A DNA stretch of 64,000 nt from Salisapilia sapeloensis CBS 127946 (taxonomy: Eukaryota; Protista; Oomycota). Below, piece by piece: positions 21,357-31,907 of this stretch. Each line of letters starts with the position of its first letter. Position 1 is the stretch's first letter. Made by a program: the position numbers and the translations under genes. The notes beneath the pieces are model-generated. The model worked only from the letters and a program-made list of their open reading frames with translations, was not told the DNA's origin and made no database searches. Location: positions 6,212-70,211 of the forward strand of contig JAADVB010000079.1 in assembly GCA_023334545.1 (NCBI GenBank). Reading direction: 5' to 3'.

Positions 21357-23293
21357 ATGAAGGTAGCGGATTCCAGTCTACTGTCAGAAGCTCATCGCCA
21401 CGAGATCGACAATACTTCAGCTACATGTTGCAAGACTTTGCTATGGAAAAGGCTTCAACAAGTTTTTATAACTCTCTACGACGCATACCTTAAAGTGCAA
21501 ATTTACAATCGAAGAAGCTACGCTATTAAACAGCTTCGTGATTTTGACCGATACTGCGCTATGACTTCTTCTTGGCGGATATTGTGGCTCTGCATGCTTA
21601 CGACCTTACCCGGACTTGTAATGGCAACTTTCTTTGAGTTAATACCACTACAGTCGCCGCTAGACACCTGGGATCACCAGATTGTCTACTGGGCTCGAAT
21701 TTTTGTCTATACAGCAATGGTGAGCTTCGTATACGCTTACCAAATTTTACCTTACATTCCAGATCTACAGATTCAACCAGAGAAGATATATCCAGTTGCG
21801 ATCATCACTGGGATAGTTGTTCTTGGATTTAGCGTCGTTCTTGCTGCACATTGGACTTTTCCGGTTCCATTTATGCAAATCTTAGCAACTATACCTTTTG
21901 CAACAGCTCTCATACCGCTTCTTTACATGTTGCTTAAGAAAATAGGGTACGATGGCAGTCCTCACCAGATACGTGCACTAAAGCGCCAGATTGTTGTATC
22001 ATCTATTCATGGAATAGAGCTAATAGCCTACAACGGGTACAACGCTATCTTTCAGCTGCTTTCTCAAACGGAGCAATTCTTTTTCATCGGACTGCTACCT
22101 CTATTGAAATTTAGTCTTAAGAGCCTTTATGCTTGGGCTATGAGGGATGAACAAGAACACATTCCGGAGCTTATAACTTTCAATGTTGAGGTACGTGTGT
22201 ATATGCATCAAAGATTGTAAATTTCGATGTTTTATGTGGTCACATTGATGCTGTAGGTGTTTCATGCACTCTTTGTCTCTATCTGCATGCAGACCGCCAA
22301 GTCGATATGGGCATCCACCTTGCTCATTGGTATCGATGCTTTTCAAGCTCTCTTGTCAGTGTTAGAGATGGGAAGTGATAGCAAGGCATTGCTTCAAGCG
22401 TTTAAGCAATATCGCACAGCAAATGCATCAGATGAAGATTTGATGTCCTGCGTTTTAGATTTATGTCAAAAAGTCGAAATCAGACAAATAATACAAGTGC
22501 GAGGTGGAGACAAATGCTTACAATCGACACAGCCAAAGGCTAAAATTGGGCCATCAGAGCTTGGCATCGACGGTCTTGTGGATAGAACCTCCGGTTTAGA
22601 CTCAGGTTGTGGAAAGAAAGTCGGTGGAAAGCAAGCAAATCAGTCGAAGATTCATCCGGTCAAAATACAGCAAATGAAAACTACAACTATTTTGTTAAAA
22701 GTTAATACGAAGATGCTGCCGCTAGTACCAATGGCAGACAAAGAAATTAATCTCCAGAAACATCTTCATCATGAACAAAAAGATGTCGAACTTGTATCTG
22801 AAGCATTAAAACTACTTTTTCATGTCGAGTATTGTATGATGACGGAGCTTGTTGAAGTTGCTATCCCAATTGTGTATACTGTGCATACGTCGGTACTGTT
22901 CTACCTACCAAACGCAATATACTACTCGCACACGCGCAATATGACATTTGAAGAGCTCAAAGTCGGCGCTGCCAACATCCTTCTTTATGCACTCATAGAA
23001 GCAATAGTTTTATTTGCTTTCCACTATACGCTACAGCGGAGATTTAGATTCTCACCAATGCGTTTGCTTGGATATTCTTTGGAAACTCAATGGCGCCAAG
23101 TCACAGCAAGGAGCACTGCAAGTATATGTTTTATTCTCCAGCTTACTTTGATGCATCACGGTAAGCAAACATTTGAATAATTTGCTTTTGTCTAGTATTT
23201 ACACCAACTCGAATAATCTATGTAGGTGTCGACTTTGAGTTTAAATTCAATTGGGCTGAACAACTAGGTATCAATCGTAATAAAGGATTGTAA
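21357..23293 (+). CDS. Oomycete-type multi-pass transmembrane protein; 3 exons (21357-22190, 22257-23160, 23226-23293); paralog of 58142-59907
   Basis: Introns of 66 and 65 nt restore the frame. Motifs PLQSP..W..YWAR, EYCMMTELVEVAIP..Y, FSPMRLLGYSLE, HG|VDFEFKF. Confidence 0.8.
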
Positions 23294-24971
23294 AGTTGCC
23301 TAGACCAAACCGCTACGAACATGGAAGTAGGCTATCATTTCACGCGGTCATACGATTGACATCAAAGTATATAGAATTTTGCTCCGGCGTTCTAGGAAAC
23401 TATTAGCGAATAATCCAGGTCTATGTCTTTCTCCGCTGTCTATCAGAATTCAACTTTCGACACTTGAAATCCAGTTATTTTTGCTATTTGATCATTAGAC
23501 CATTCATGTGTTAAACATTGAATAGAGTTAAAAGTTAAGTAATTAGAGCTGAAGTAAGTCCTTCATCCAATTTCTTGTGATTTATTTACAATTCCATTCG
23601 TCGATCTTTCATCTTTCGCTGGCTTTAATTGTCTAGCTAACTACTTTGTCAAAATTGTTTTGCATGTCGTCATAATATGATTTCAGAGTTTGCACGTCAG
23701 CTATGTGGCTATCCGATCTCGTGTCATGACTTCGTTGCTTCCTACCCACTGATCCGATCTCTAAACAATGATTATACCCAACTAAGCGTCACATCTTTGT
23801 CGTATCTGCTGACTAGGCATCTTGCTGAACCTCAGATGTGTCTATAAGAAATAGAGACCAATGGTAATATTAGCCGCATACTCATTACCCGCACTTTATT
23901 AGCGCAAGCTAAGGACTAAGATAGACTTGGTATGCTATTTAGTGTATACGTGTTTCAGGGAAGTGCAAGCCCCGGAACAAGAGCTTTCAAATTGGTTATG
24001 TACTTGCGGGTAATACGCCTGCAAGTTTAGATTACTTTTTAAATCCGGCATACACGTATGAATCTACAACGGCTGAAAACATGATTTAATCCTGATTTTC
24101 ATTTTTACCTCTACTTGTCCAATTTCTGATGCACATTAAACAATAGCCCACTTTGGAAACACGTAAAATGCGGCCAAATGAGTACACGCTTGATGCATGT
24201 CTGTGATATGCGGTACTACGTGTGCGGCTTAGACTTTAGGACTGAATGTCTAGTCACAGCATAGCTTGATTCTTCTTTATTTCTTGATTGATCTTTCAAT
24301 ACACCCTGTGGTATGCTTTCGCATATGCAATGATTGCTTCGAAACCTGGATCTGAATAATTTTTTTATGCCGCGCTGGTGCTCATCGATCCGATTACATG
24401 CATAGTTTTTATGCTCGCATACCGAGCTACACCTATAGCTTGCTGAGAAAATTGCAGCCCTCACATAGCGCAACAAAATATAATTATTGCATAAAGTGCT
24501 AAACAAGAATGCCAGGTTACGGATAATAGCTCGATACCTCGGGGTTTTCGCAAAGTATTCAAAGATATACTTAATCGCGTTTGTAGAGTGTCACAACCTC
24601 GAACCACCGAAACAATATTTTGCTGGATTAAAAAGCAGCGTTGAGGATGGGTACCGACAAGCGACAAAGCTTGATGTTTTCTTGATGGAAACATGTACTT
24701 GGCGAATAACTAGGTAGGTGAAGCTATAATGTTACCTAGAGTCAGATTAAAAGTAATCATAACACAGGATGTATTACGAGGTACTGGTATCACTCTCGGT
24801 CATGCACATGGTGTGACGTTACAAGTATACATACAATCTAGTCCATCTGAAATCTTGTCACAGTCGACTGTGCTTCTCTTAGTTGTACTTGCGATTGATT
24901 CGTATGTAAAAACTAGCGTCAGCAGGGCAATGTGACCTCTAATGCACATAGATAAATTTTAGTTATGTAAA

Positions 24972-24978
24972 TCATTCT
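24972..24978 (+). promoter_or_regulatory. Initiator-like (YCAYTYY) core promoter element upstream of the secreted trypsin homolog
   Basis: TCATTCT about 80 nt upstream of ATG 25055; matches the oomycete Inr consensus, but a motif this short can occur by chance. Confidence 0.3.
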
Positions 24979-25054
24979 AGGTAGCAAGACAGAAAGCATT
25001 AGCTTGACAGTTCTCGTTTTCCAAATCCGCTTTTCCATCGCCTTCATCAAAGCC

Positions 25055-25954
25055 ATGCCACGACACAAACTATTGGTCGTCTTGTGCGTCCTTGCAACTC
25101 TCTCTTCTGCGACAGCTTTGTTGAACGATTCAACAGTTGATGCCATCACCTTTGAAACTCCGACAAACGTATCTTCTTATGGCGAGAATCGGATTGCGGG
25201 TGGCGAAAGTGTTCCCATCAGCAAGGTTCCGTTCATCGTTGGCATTCGCGACGGTGGCGATGAAGAGAACCATTGCAGCGGTGTACTCATTACTCGCCGA
25301 CTCGTTCTTACTGCTGCTCACTGTACACATGCACCGAACAATGGGGCCAGGTATCCCTACTTGTATGTGTCCATCATGTCAAATGACCTCGGTGAAACGG
25401 ACGAAGGGATACAAGTCAGGTCTGTCCAATGGAAACTTCATAACGATTACCATGTTTATCAAAGTCAAGGTAAAGAGTTCTATACTTTCGACATTGCGGT
25501 ACTTGTACTTGAAAAGTACTTTGATTCCAAGTACCAAAACTTTCCCACCATGTTTACTGGAAAGTTGGTCGTGCATGAAAACAAGAGAGACCCGGATATC
25601 GCGACTGCCTACGGGTGGGGTATTACGGGGAAGAATGAACCAAAACCTGGATCGTTGCACAAGGTGGACCTCATTCTTCAGGTGAACAAATACTGCCAAA
25701 GTGCTTTTGGCAAACGAGTTGTCTACTTTTACCATCTATGTGCTGGGACGAAGAAGGTTATGTGGAAGCCGAAAAGCTGGAAGAAGAGAAATGCAGCTTG
25801 CGATGGTGACGCAGGAGGTCCACTCATGTACAAGGATCAGGTGGTCGGGATCATTTCCGAGACGCCTGATTGTGGCGAGAAGCCGAGTCTTTCCATTCGT
25901 ATCAGTCCCATTTGGGACTTCGTAGAACACGTCATGCGCAAGTTTCCGAATTAA
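25055..25954 (+). CDS. Secreted chymotrypsin/trypsin-family homolog, predicted catalytically inactive (glucanase inhibitor protein-like)
   Basis: Signal peptide MPRHKLLVVLCVLATLSSATA; RIAGG, HCSGVLI, LTAAHC, FDIAVL; GDAGGPL instead of GDSGGP. Confidence 0.85.
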   Translation: MPRHKLLVVLCVLATLSSATALLNDSTVDAITFETPTNVSSYGENRIAGGESVPISKVPFIVGIRDGGDEENHCSGVLITRRLVLTAAHCTHAPNNGARYPYLYVSIMSNDLGETDEGIQVRSVQWKLHNDYHVYQSQGKEFYTFDIAVLVLEKYFDSKYQNFPTMFTGKLVVHENKRDPDIATAYGWGITGKNEPKPGSLHKVDLILQVNKYCQSAFGKRVVYFYHLCAGTKKVMWKPKSWKKRNAACDGDAGGPLMYKDQVVGIISETPDCGEKPSLSIRISPIWDFVEHVMRKFPN

Positions 25955-26051
25955 AGACCTCCCGAGCGTATGTGACACCAGTTAAAGGATTACTGCAGTA
26001 AGAGTGAAATCAGTCATGATGTGGTGCTTTTCTTTTATCATTTGTAGTTGT

Positions 26052-27029
26052 CTATTGCGACGACTTATTGCGTTGCAGAATCGCGCCAGACAGTTCGCCA
26101 ACAAAATTATTGCCTTGTGTCGGACCTTGTTGTAGCTTGCGCATGCCATTAATGACTTCCCGAGTCTTGGAGATATACAACGCATCCATACTCGAACGCA
26201 TATCGATCTCCATATCCTCCACCATGCGTCCCATATTCGAGATATGATCATACTCGTCCGAATACTCCAACGTCTTCTCCATCTACATATCAATATATAA
26301 GCACATAGATGCATTCTCGAGATATAAAGGAGGTCGAACCTGACGAGTGAGTGTGCCATCAAGGTTCAGATCGCCTAATTCCTCCCGTTTGGCTTTCATC
26401 GTCAACAAAATGGTCGAAGTGAGACGATAAACAGCTCGTTTCGGACCTTTGCTACCATCCTGCGGAGTCTCTTGAACTTCCACGACGTGAATGGAGCTCC
26501 AGGCACCTTTTTCCACAAACTTTTGGTCTACGACATCCTTCTGGACGAGGAAACAAGCAGCAAATCCAGGCTCGAGGTCCCACATGTAGACCGAGGAGAC
26601 ACCTCCTTGGTAGTAAAGCTCCCTGTAGGCATCAAAAATCTCATTTGCATGCACTTCGAGCTGCCGAAGACTGTCGGACGGATAGAATCCTTCGGCGTCG
26701 GATACGGCCGGATCGTATTGATTCGACCAAGGAGATCTACAGCAAATAGCATCCAATGTCAATCTCATATGGATGGAGGATGGTGTCTATCGGAGTAATA
26801 AAGAGCGTACATGCCTGTAGGAATCTCCGTCGCGATTATAATCGCACAAGAGGTACTTTCGGCCGTTGCTCGGATCCACCGCGACTTGCAGCGGTACATC
26901 CACACGCTGGTATAGATCGTCCGTTAGCTCTGGCTGGAGACGCGTGAGATTGTACAGGTCACGCTCGACGTTGCGTGGCGGCATGCGACGCATCAGGTTC
27001 AGACTCGCATTCATCGCTTCTTCCCCCAT
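26052..27029 (-). CDS. CAPZB: F-actin capping protein beta subunit; 3 exons (27029-26815, 26736-26340, 26282-26052)
   Basis: LMRRMPP, QRVDVPL, YLLCDYNRDGDSYRSPWSN, ELYYQGGVSSVYMWDL, WSSIHVVEV, HISNMGRMVEDME; the first intron must be GC-AG. Confidence 0.95.
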
Positions 27030-27256
27030 ATTCGTTCCTTGTTTGTCAGATCGATATGACCGTGTACGCAAATTACCATATACTTTTATATGATATAAAG
27101 TATGCGTTAAAAATACGCTTGTGGTATTCTATATTGCTATCCGACTCTAGTATAGAATAAACTGGTATATTTGAAAAAGTATAATTTAAACTAAACATAC
27201 ACCCTTTGATACGACTGGAGACGACACAAAGCTAGACACAAGTGCTTATAAGCGTC

Positions 27257-28626
27257 ATGACGAAGCGAACGAACGTTGTGCTGGAGCATGAGGCTTCATT
27301 TGATGAAGATTCTCCGCTCATTGGTAGGAGACTATTCATGCCTACCTCATCTGCGAATATGAAGCCCAGAAACTAACTATCAGCTTCATAATGTGTACAG
27401 CTTCCTTCCGAAATGGTCCACCAGCACCTGAAAATCGCAAGAATTTGGCCATGAGAATGTATGAGAACGCAAGCAAGAAGCGCATCGTGGTATCTAGTAC
27501 CAACAAGATGGTCTACCAGGGTGCAAACTTCGGATACCTCTCTGCATCCAACGACAGTGCCAACTACGCGGTTGGCATCTACGATAAAAGCACCGGTAAA
27601 GTCCGCATGTGCAACGTAGACCACTTGTACGTCATGCAACAGAACGTTAAGGATGCCAAGGAACAGGTGGACGACTCTCGTGGTGCAGATCAATCTCGTA
27701 TGGAACAGCGCCGAGCTCTAGTGGATGCATTTGGTTCGAAGAAGAGTCGTCGCATGCAAGCGAGTGTCGAAGAGAGTGTCGTCAACGTTGACAACGTCAG
27801 CAGCGCAGCGTCCATCTCGCAAGCCTTGCAGAAGAAGGTGGACCACGCTCAGGAAGTCCTGCAGCAGCAGAAGGCAAAGGACGCAGCCTACTCTGCCGAA
27901 GCTGCTGCCCTCGCCTCCACACGTAACGCTCTCCTGCCTCCTTGCGACATGGATGCACCAACACCGGACCAAGTCTACCCTCTCCACAAGTTCATTAATG
28001 CTTCCGTTCGGGAGGCATTGCAGTACAAGGCTGAGGAGGTGCAGGAACACTTGTCTAGCACGAGTACGCTTGAGTATGCAACTCAATCGGCATGGTACAA
28101 GCTTCCGACGCAATTGCTTGAGTCCTTGGCTTCGTACGACGAAGTCGAGACGTTAGGATATGTTGTCTATTCTCAGTACTTGCTTCAGTTTTTCCATACG
28201 CGAATGCCATTGCGAAAGTCTGCGAACGCGTTTAGTGAAGAAAGTGGCATCCCGCCTGTTGTCGTGTACCATTTTCTTGACTTATTTAGTGAAACGACTG
28301 AGAATGCGAGTGGGTACAAGACGCATACACAACCCAAGGCATTGAAAGATAAGCTTGTGCTCCACTTGCTCGTCGTTGCGCTCACGGTACGTGGTTTCTC
28401 GCTCCCACTGTCGGAAATCGCGGCGGACCTGAAGCGATCGGTACAGAGCGTCGCGACGTACTGCCGACAGCTTGGTTGCAAGCTGGATAAGGTCGCGGGA
28501 GAAGCAGGTTCTGGATATGGTGCACCAGCGCTCGCGAAGAAGAGCAGCAAGCAGAGCCAGCGAGCGGTGCTGGCACTGCCGCTGCAGTTCCCAGAGCCGA
28601 GACGTGGCGGCGCTGGCAGACGCTAG
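27257..28626 (+). CDS. RPA49: RNA polymerase I subunit A49 (RPA49/PAF53); 2 exons (27257-27323, 27401-28626)
   Basis: A 77-nt intron with CTAAC branch joins PLI|ASFRNG. Motifs YAVGIYDK..GKV, LVDAFGSKKSRR, LPPCDMDA.TPDQVYPL, YCRQLGC, AVLALPLQFP. Confidence 0.78.
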
Positions 28627-28789
28627 AGCGAATCAAATACAATTCTTCTCTTTCATACATTTCAAAGTAACTTCAGTAAATAATACTCTACTGCATTTCA
28701 TTTAGGAATGGAAATGTAGTGTGAATATGTGCCGTCATTTAGTTCACGATGCAGCTTGGCTTTTGTACCAGAGCTGCGTAATATAAAGT

Positions 28790-29140
28790 TTATTCTGCAA
28801 AGAGCATCTATATGTTGCAATTTTCACGTAGCTCATCCTAAAGCGAGCATAGCGATGGAAACGTCAAGTTTAGCAGAGAATGGGACACGAGAGACGACCT
28901 GGACCAAGAATATAATGAATGCATATCCATCCGCATCACCAATTGTTTCATTTTGTACACCTATTTTGGCAAGCAAGATGTGTTGTAGTATTTCATTTGG
29001 TTTCCAATGGCAAGCGGCAAAACGAAATCGACTATTTTTAACGAATGCGGTGTTCCCCATCCCGAGCATCGTGAATAAAAGTACAAAAGGTGAAATGCCA
29101 ATTTTGCCGAATCGGTATTTAGCGCGAACGCGACCCAAAC
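28790..29140 (-). pseudogene. Decayed coding relic of an unidentified family (copy 1; homolog at 57490-57830)
   Basis: The minus-strand frame KYRFG..NSRF.F..CHWKPN..AK.GVQ..IFLVQ..KLQ aligns with the 57.5-kb copy, with codon-phased divergence and in-frame stops. Confidence 0.5.
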
Positions 29141-29556
29141 TCAAAGTAACTACTATGGCTCTTTCTACATACTTTATTGAAAATCCTCTTTATGGTCCAA
29201 AGGCCTCGAGTGCGGTATCCAAAGTCTTTCATAGTTCTCCCATCAAAAATTGCTTCCGAAATCCCATTAAACCGCCCTGAAAGCATAATATCAATCAAAA
29301 TACGGTTGATTTATTCGCAGCTTTACGGACAAATCGTTCAAGTTCAATTCGCGAAAGCTTTGTCCGTAGCATAACGATTGGATTCACTAGTAGCTAAGTT
29401 TCTTTTGCTCGGTGGTCTTGATCTGTTTTTATCGCTGGCTGCAGCTAAATTTAGATATAATCCGCCTCTTTCAGACAATTGTGCATGCTGGCCTTGTCAC
29501 ATTTGAGAAGAGCCACGCTTAGATCTTCGCAGGAGCACAAGTACTTTTGATCAACA

Positions 29557-30450
29557 ATGCTTGAAGCTCTTGAGAACAAAACCACCCATTCTATAGGCAT
29601 GTCGAGTCATGTCACCTCATCGCCACGGATGCATGCTTTTAATTTGTTGGTCGGAGCTCCTCTGACGCTCATTATCAACTACTCTCTCTTCCAGTATCTC
29701 TCGGTCACATATTATACTCGTTGGCGTCAGTGGAGAGTGAAAAGTTTAATTTGCAGCGCCTTCCTGGGATTCGCGGTTCTCATACCATCCGCAAGCTCGG
29801 ACGAAAAGTTTGTCGACAGTATGAATGACGTGTCAGAAATCTGCTCTGTCTTGACTTTTCTCGTCCAAGTTACCATTATCGGCCACGATGTCCTTCGTCG
29901 GGTAAAAGTCTCGACGCTGCGCTACTTGACATATTTTGCTGAAGCACTCGTCTTTCTAAGTTGGATGGTTGTTATATTCAACTTTGTGGAGCTATCGTTG
30001 GCGGATGGACACGCGATAAGCTTCCTAATCGAGCTAGACAACATTCTCGAATGTCTAAGCTTGGCTTTCGTCGTCTTCTTTCGGTTCTACTATCTTTCCC
30101 TGGGCAAAAATGGCTGGGTGCAAATGGCAAAAGGGCGAAAACTCGAGATTTTCCTTTACGTGTTGTTTATGACTCACGAGTATCCTTTCATGATTCTGAA
30201 CAAAGTAACAGGAGATAACTGGGAATTTGTGCAAGCGCTGTATATGCGCTTGACGATGGCGCTGTGCCTAATACTCACCGTCCGAGACAAAATACGTGGT
30301 AGATCGAGGTTTGGTCAGACATCTGTAAGGTCTGGCGGCCCAAGCTCAGTTCATCTTTCCTCAGGCTTGACTTACGCAAAGGTGGCCGCTATATCGGCTG
30401 CTAACAATCCAACAGCAATTGTACCAAGCAAACAAGCGAAAGAACCATAG
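29557..30450 (+). CDS. Oomycete-type multi-pass (about 7 TM) membrane protein of unknown function
   Basis: 297-aa ATG ORF with alternating hydrophobic segments (LLVGAPLTL..QYL, SEICSVLTFLVQVTIIG, HEYPF) and a Ser-rich tail. Confidence 0.75.
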   Translation: MLEALENKTTHSIGMSSHVTSSPRMHAFNLLVGAPLTLIINYSLFQYLSVTYYTRWRQWRVKSLICSAFLGFAVLIPSASSDEKFVDSMNDVSEICSVLTFLVQVTIIGHDVLRRVKVSTLRYLTYFAEALVFLSWMVVIFNFVELSLADGHAISFLIELDNILECLSLAFVVFFRFYYLSLGKNGWVQMAKGRKLEIFLYVLFMTHEYPFMILNKVTGDNWEFVQALYMRLTMALCLILTVRDKIRGRSRFGQTSVRSGGPSSVHLSSGLTYAKVAAISAANNPTAIVPSKQAKEP

Positions 30451-31103
30451 GTTCTATACTTCATGAAAGGAAAGACTGAAAAAGTTCATGGTAAATGCTT
30501 ATCCATCTAAGTGTAATGCATTTATTTTAAAAGCAAAGAAAGCGACACATTAGTTCTTGCATTTACTAGTACACGTACAGTGGTAGCTTGAACAGCACCT
30601 TTAAGAGTATAGTTGATACAAGTGCAATTATCGACATTAGACCTGAAAGCATATCTTCACCACAATCTTCTCTATTGACAAAAGCTCATAGCGCCTTCAG
30701 TATCAGGCCAAGCAGTCGAGACTCGTGAAAGAATGCAAACAAAAAGGTATTGAGTTCATACATGTAGTAGCTAAACGGAAAGACTTAGACTGGACGATGT
30801 TGTTATCCAGAAAAATATCATCGTAACCGAAGCACGATGCGTTAAAATCTACTTCCAAGCTTATCAACCTTTACGCAGGAGAACTAGCACCACATACTGT
30901 TCCTATTGTTTCTTGTGTTTAATCAGAAGCGGAAAGTGATACAAAGAGCACTGCTTCATATGAATGTGCATCGATCATACATTGAAGATCGGTTAAAGAA
31001 CTTTTTGCTTTCCCATCTCCTGATCCAGCCCAGCTCGGTGACAAGCAACGAGCATAATGATAATACCAAGAGAACTTAAAGAATCGACGGTCCGTTTATT
31101 GGT

Positions 31104-31907
31104 TTACAAAGCTTGCTGTTGAGCGTCCGCTAACGTCGCACCTTCATTGTGAGCGTAGTCACTCGACTGCATGAGCGTCCGAATGTCTGCAGCAATCGTC
31201 TCGTAGTCGATCTTGGGACTGTATCGTCGGAAAGGCACGCCGTCCGGTCCGATTAAAAACTTTTCAAAGTTCCACGACACGTCAGCTCTGGAGACTGGCA
31301 TCCACGTGATGCGCATCGGGTGAGAGAAGACACCACTGGGCGCAGACATTTCGTCGAACAACGTTCTGTCGGATGGAAAAGGTAGAGATAGCTTAAGGAA
31401 ATTGAAAATCGGGTGCGCATTCGCACCGTTCACTTCTACTTTTTCCGACAAGGGGAACTTTGGTTCAAACCCGTTGCCAGGTCGAACGTACTTGAGTGAC
31501 ATGAGGATCTCTCGACCGTTTAAGTTCTCTTGATGACCAAACTGGTTGCATGGACAACCGACAATGGCCAAGTCTGGAAACGCTTCCTGCAGGTCATTTA
31601 GCTGATAATACCCTTTAGTCGTGGAATTGCAGTGCGACGCGACATTCGCAATCAAGAGCACTTTGCCCTTGAACTCGCTTAGACGAATGTAATGATCGCC
31701 CTCGAGCTGTCGCAGGGAGAATTGATAGGCCGTCTTGCGTCGACTTGGATTCGTGCCACTCGATCCGTTGGCGCTCCCAGCCGGTGGGGACGTCGCACTG
31801 GACGAATTGTTAGAGCCCTGGCTAGTGGATCGAACGGCCACCGCCACGGGGACATGCTCGTTCTGTCCGTTCGAGGTGCTGCAGCCAGAGTCGGAAGGAA
31901 GCTTCAT
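31104..31907 (-). CDS. Glutathione peroxidase, GPx1/2-like, Cys-type
   Basis: GKVLLIANVASHC, PCNQFGHQEN, LKYVRPGNGFEP, KVEVNGANAHPIF, WNFEKFLIGPDG; ATG at 31907 after a TTG. Confidence 0.92.
   Translation of the reverse strand: MKLPSDSGCSTSNGQNEHVPVAVAVRSTSQGSNNSSSATSPPAGSANGSSGTNPSRRKTAYQFSLRQLEGDHYIRLSEFKGKVLLIANVASHCNSTTKGYYQLNDLQEAFPDLAIVGCPCNQFGHQENLNGREILMSLKYVRPGNGFEPKFPLSEKVEVNGANAHPIFNFLKLSLPFPSDRTLFDEMSAPSGVFSHPMRITWMPVSRADVSWNFEKFLIGPDGVPFRRYSPKIDYETIAADIRTLMQSSDYAHNEGATLADAQQQAL

Noticed and set aside
28729-29280. Plus-strand 183-aa ORF with CNFH resembling the MULE transposase CxxH motif
   Set aside because: No DDE residues or downstream similarity; substitutions against the 57.5-kb copy are more conservative on the minus frame.
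31620-31640. Selenocysteine recoding in the glutathione peroxidase
   Set aside because: The active-site codon is TGC (Cys), and the ORF has no in-frame TGA.
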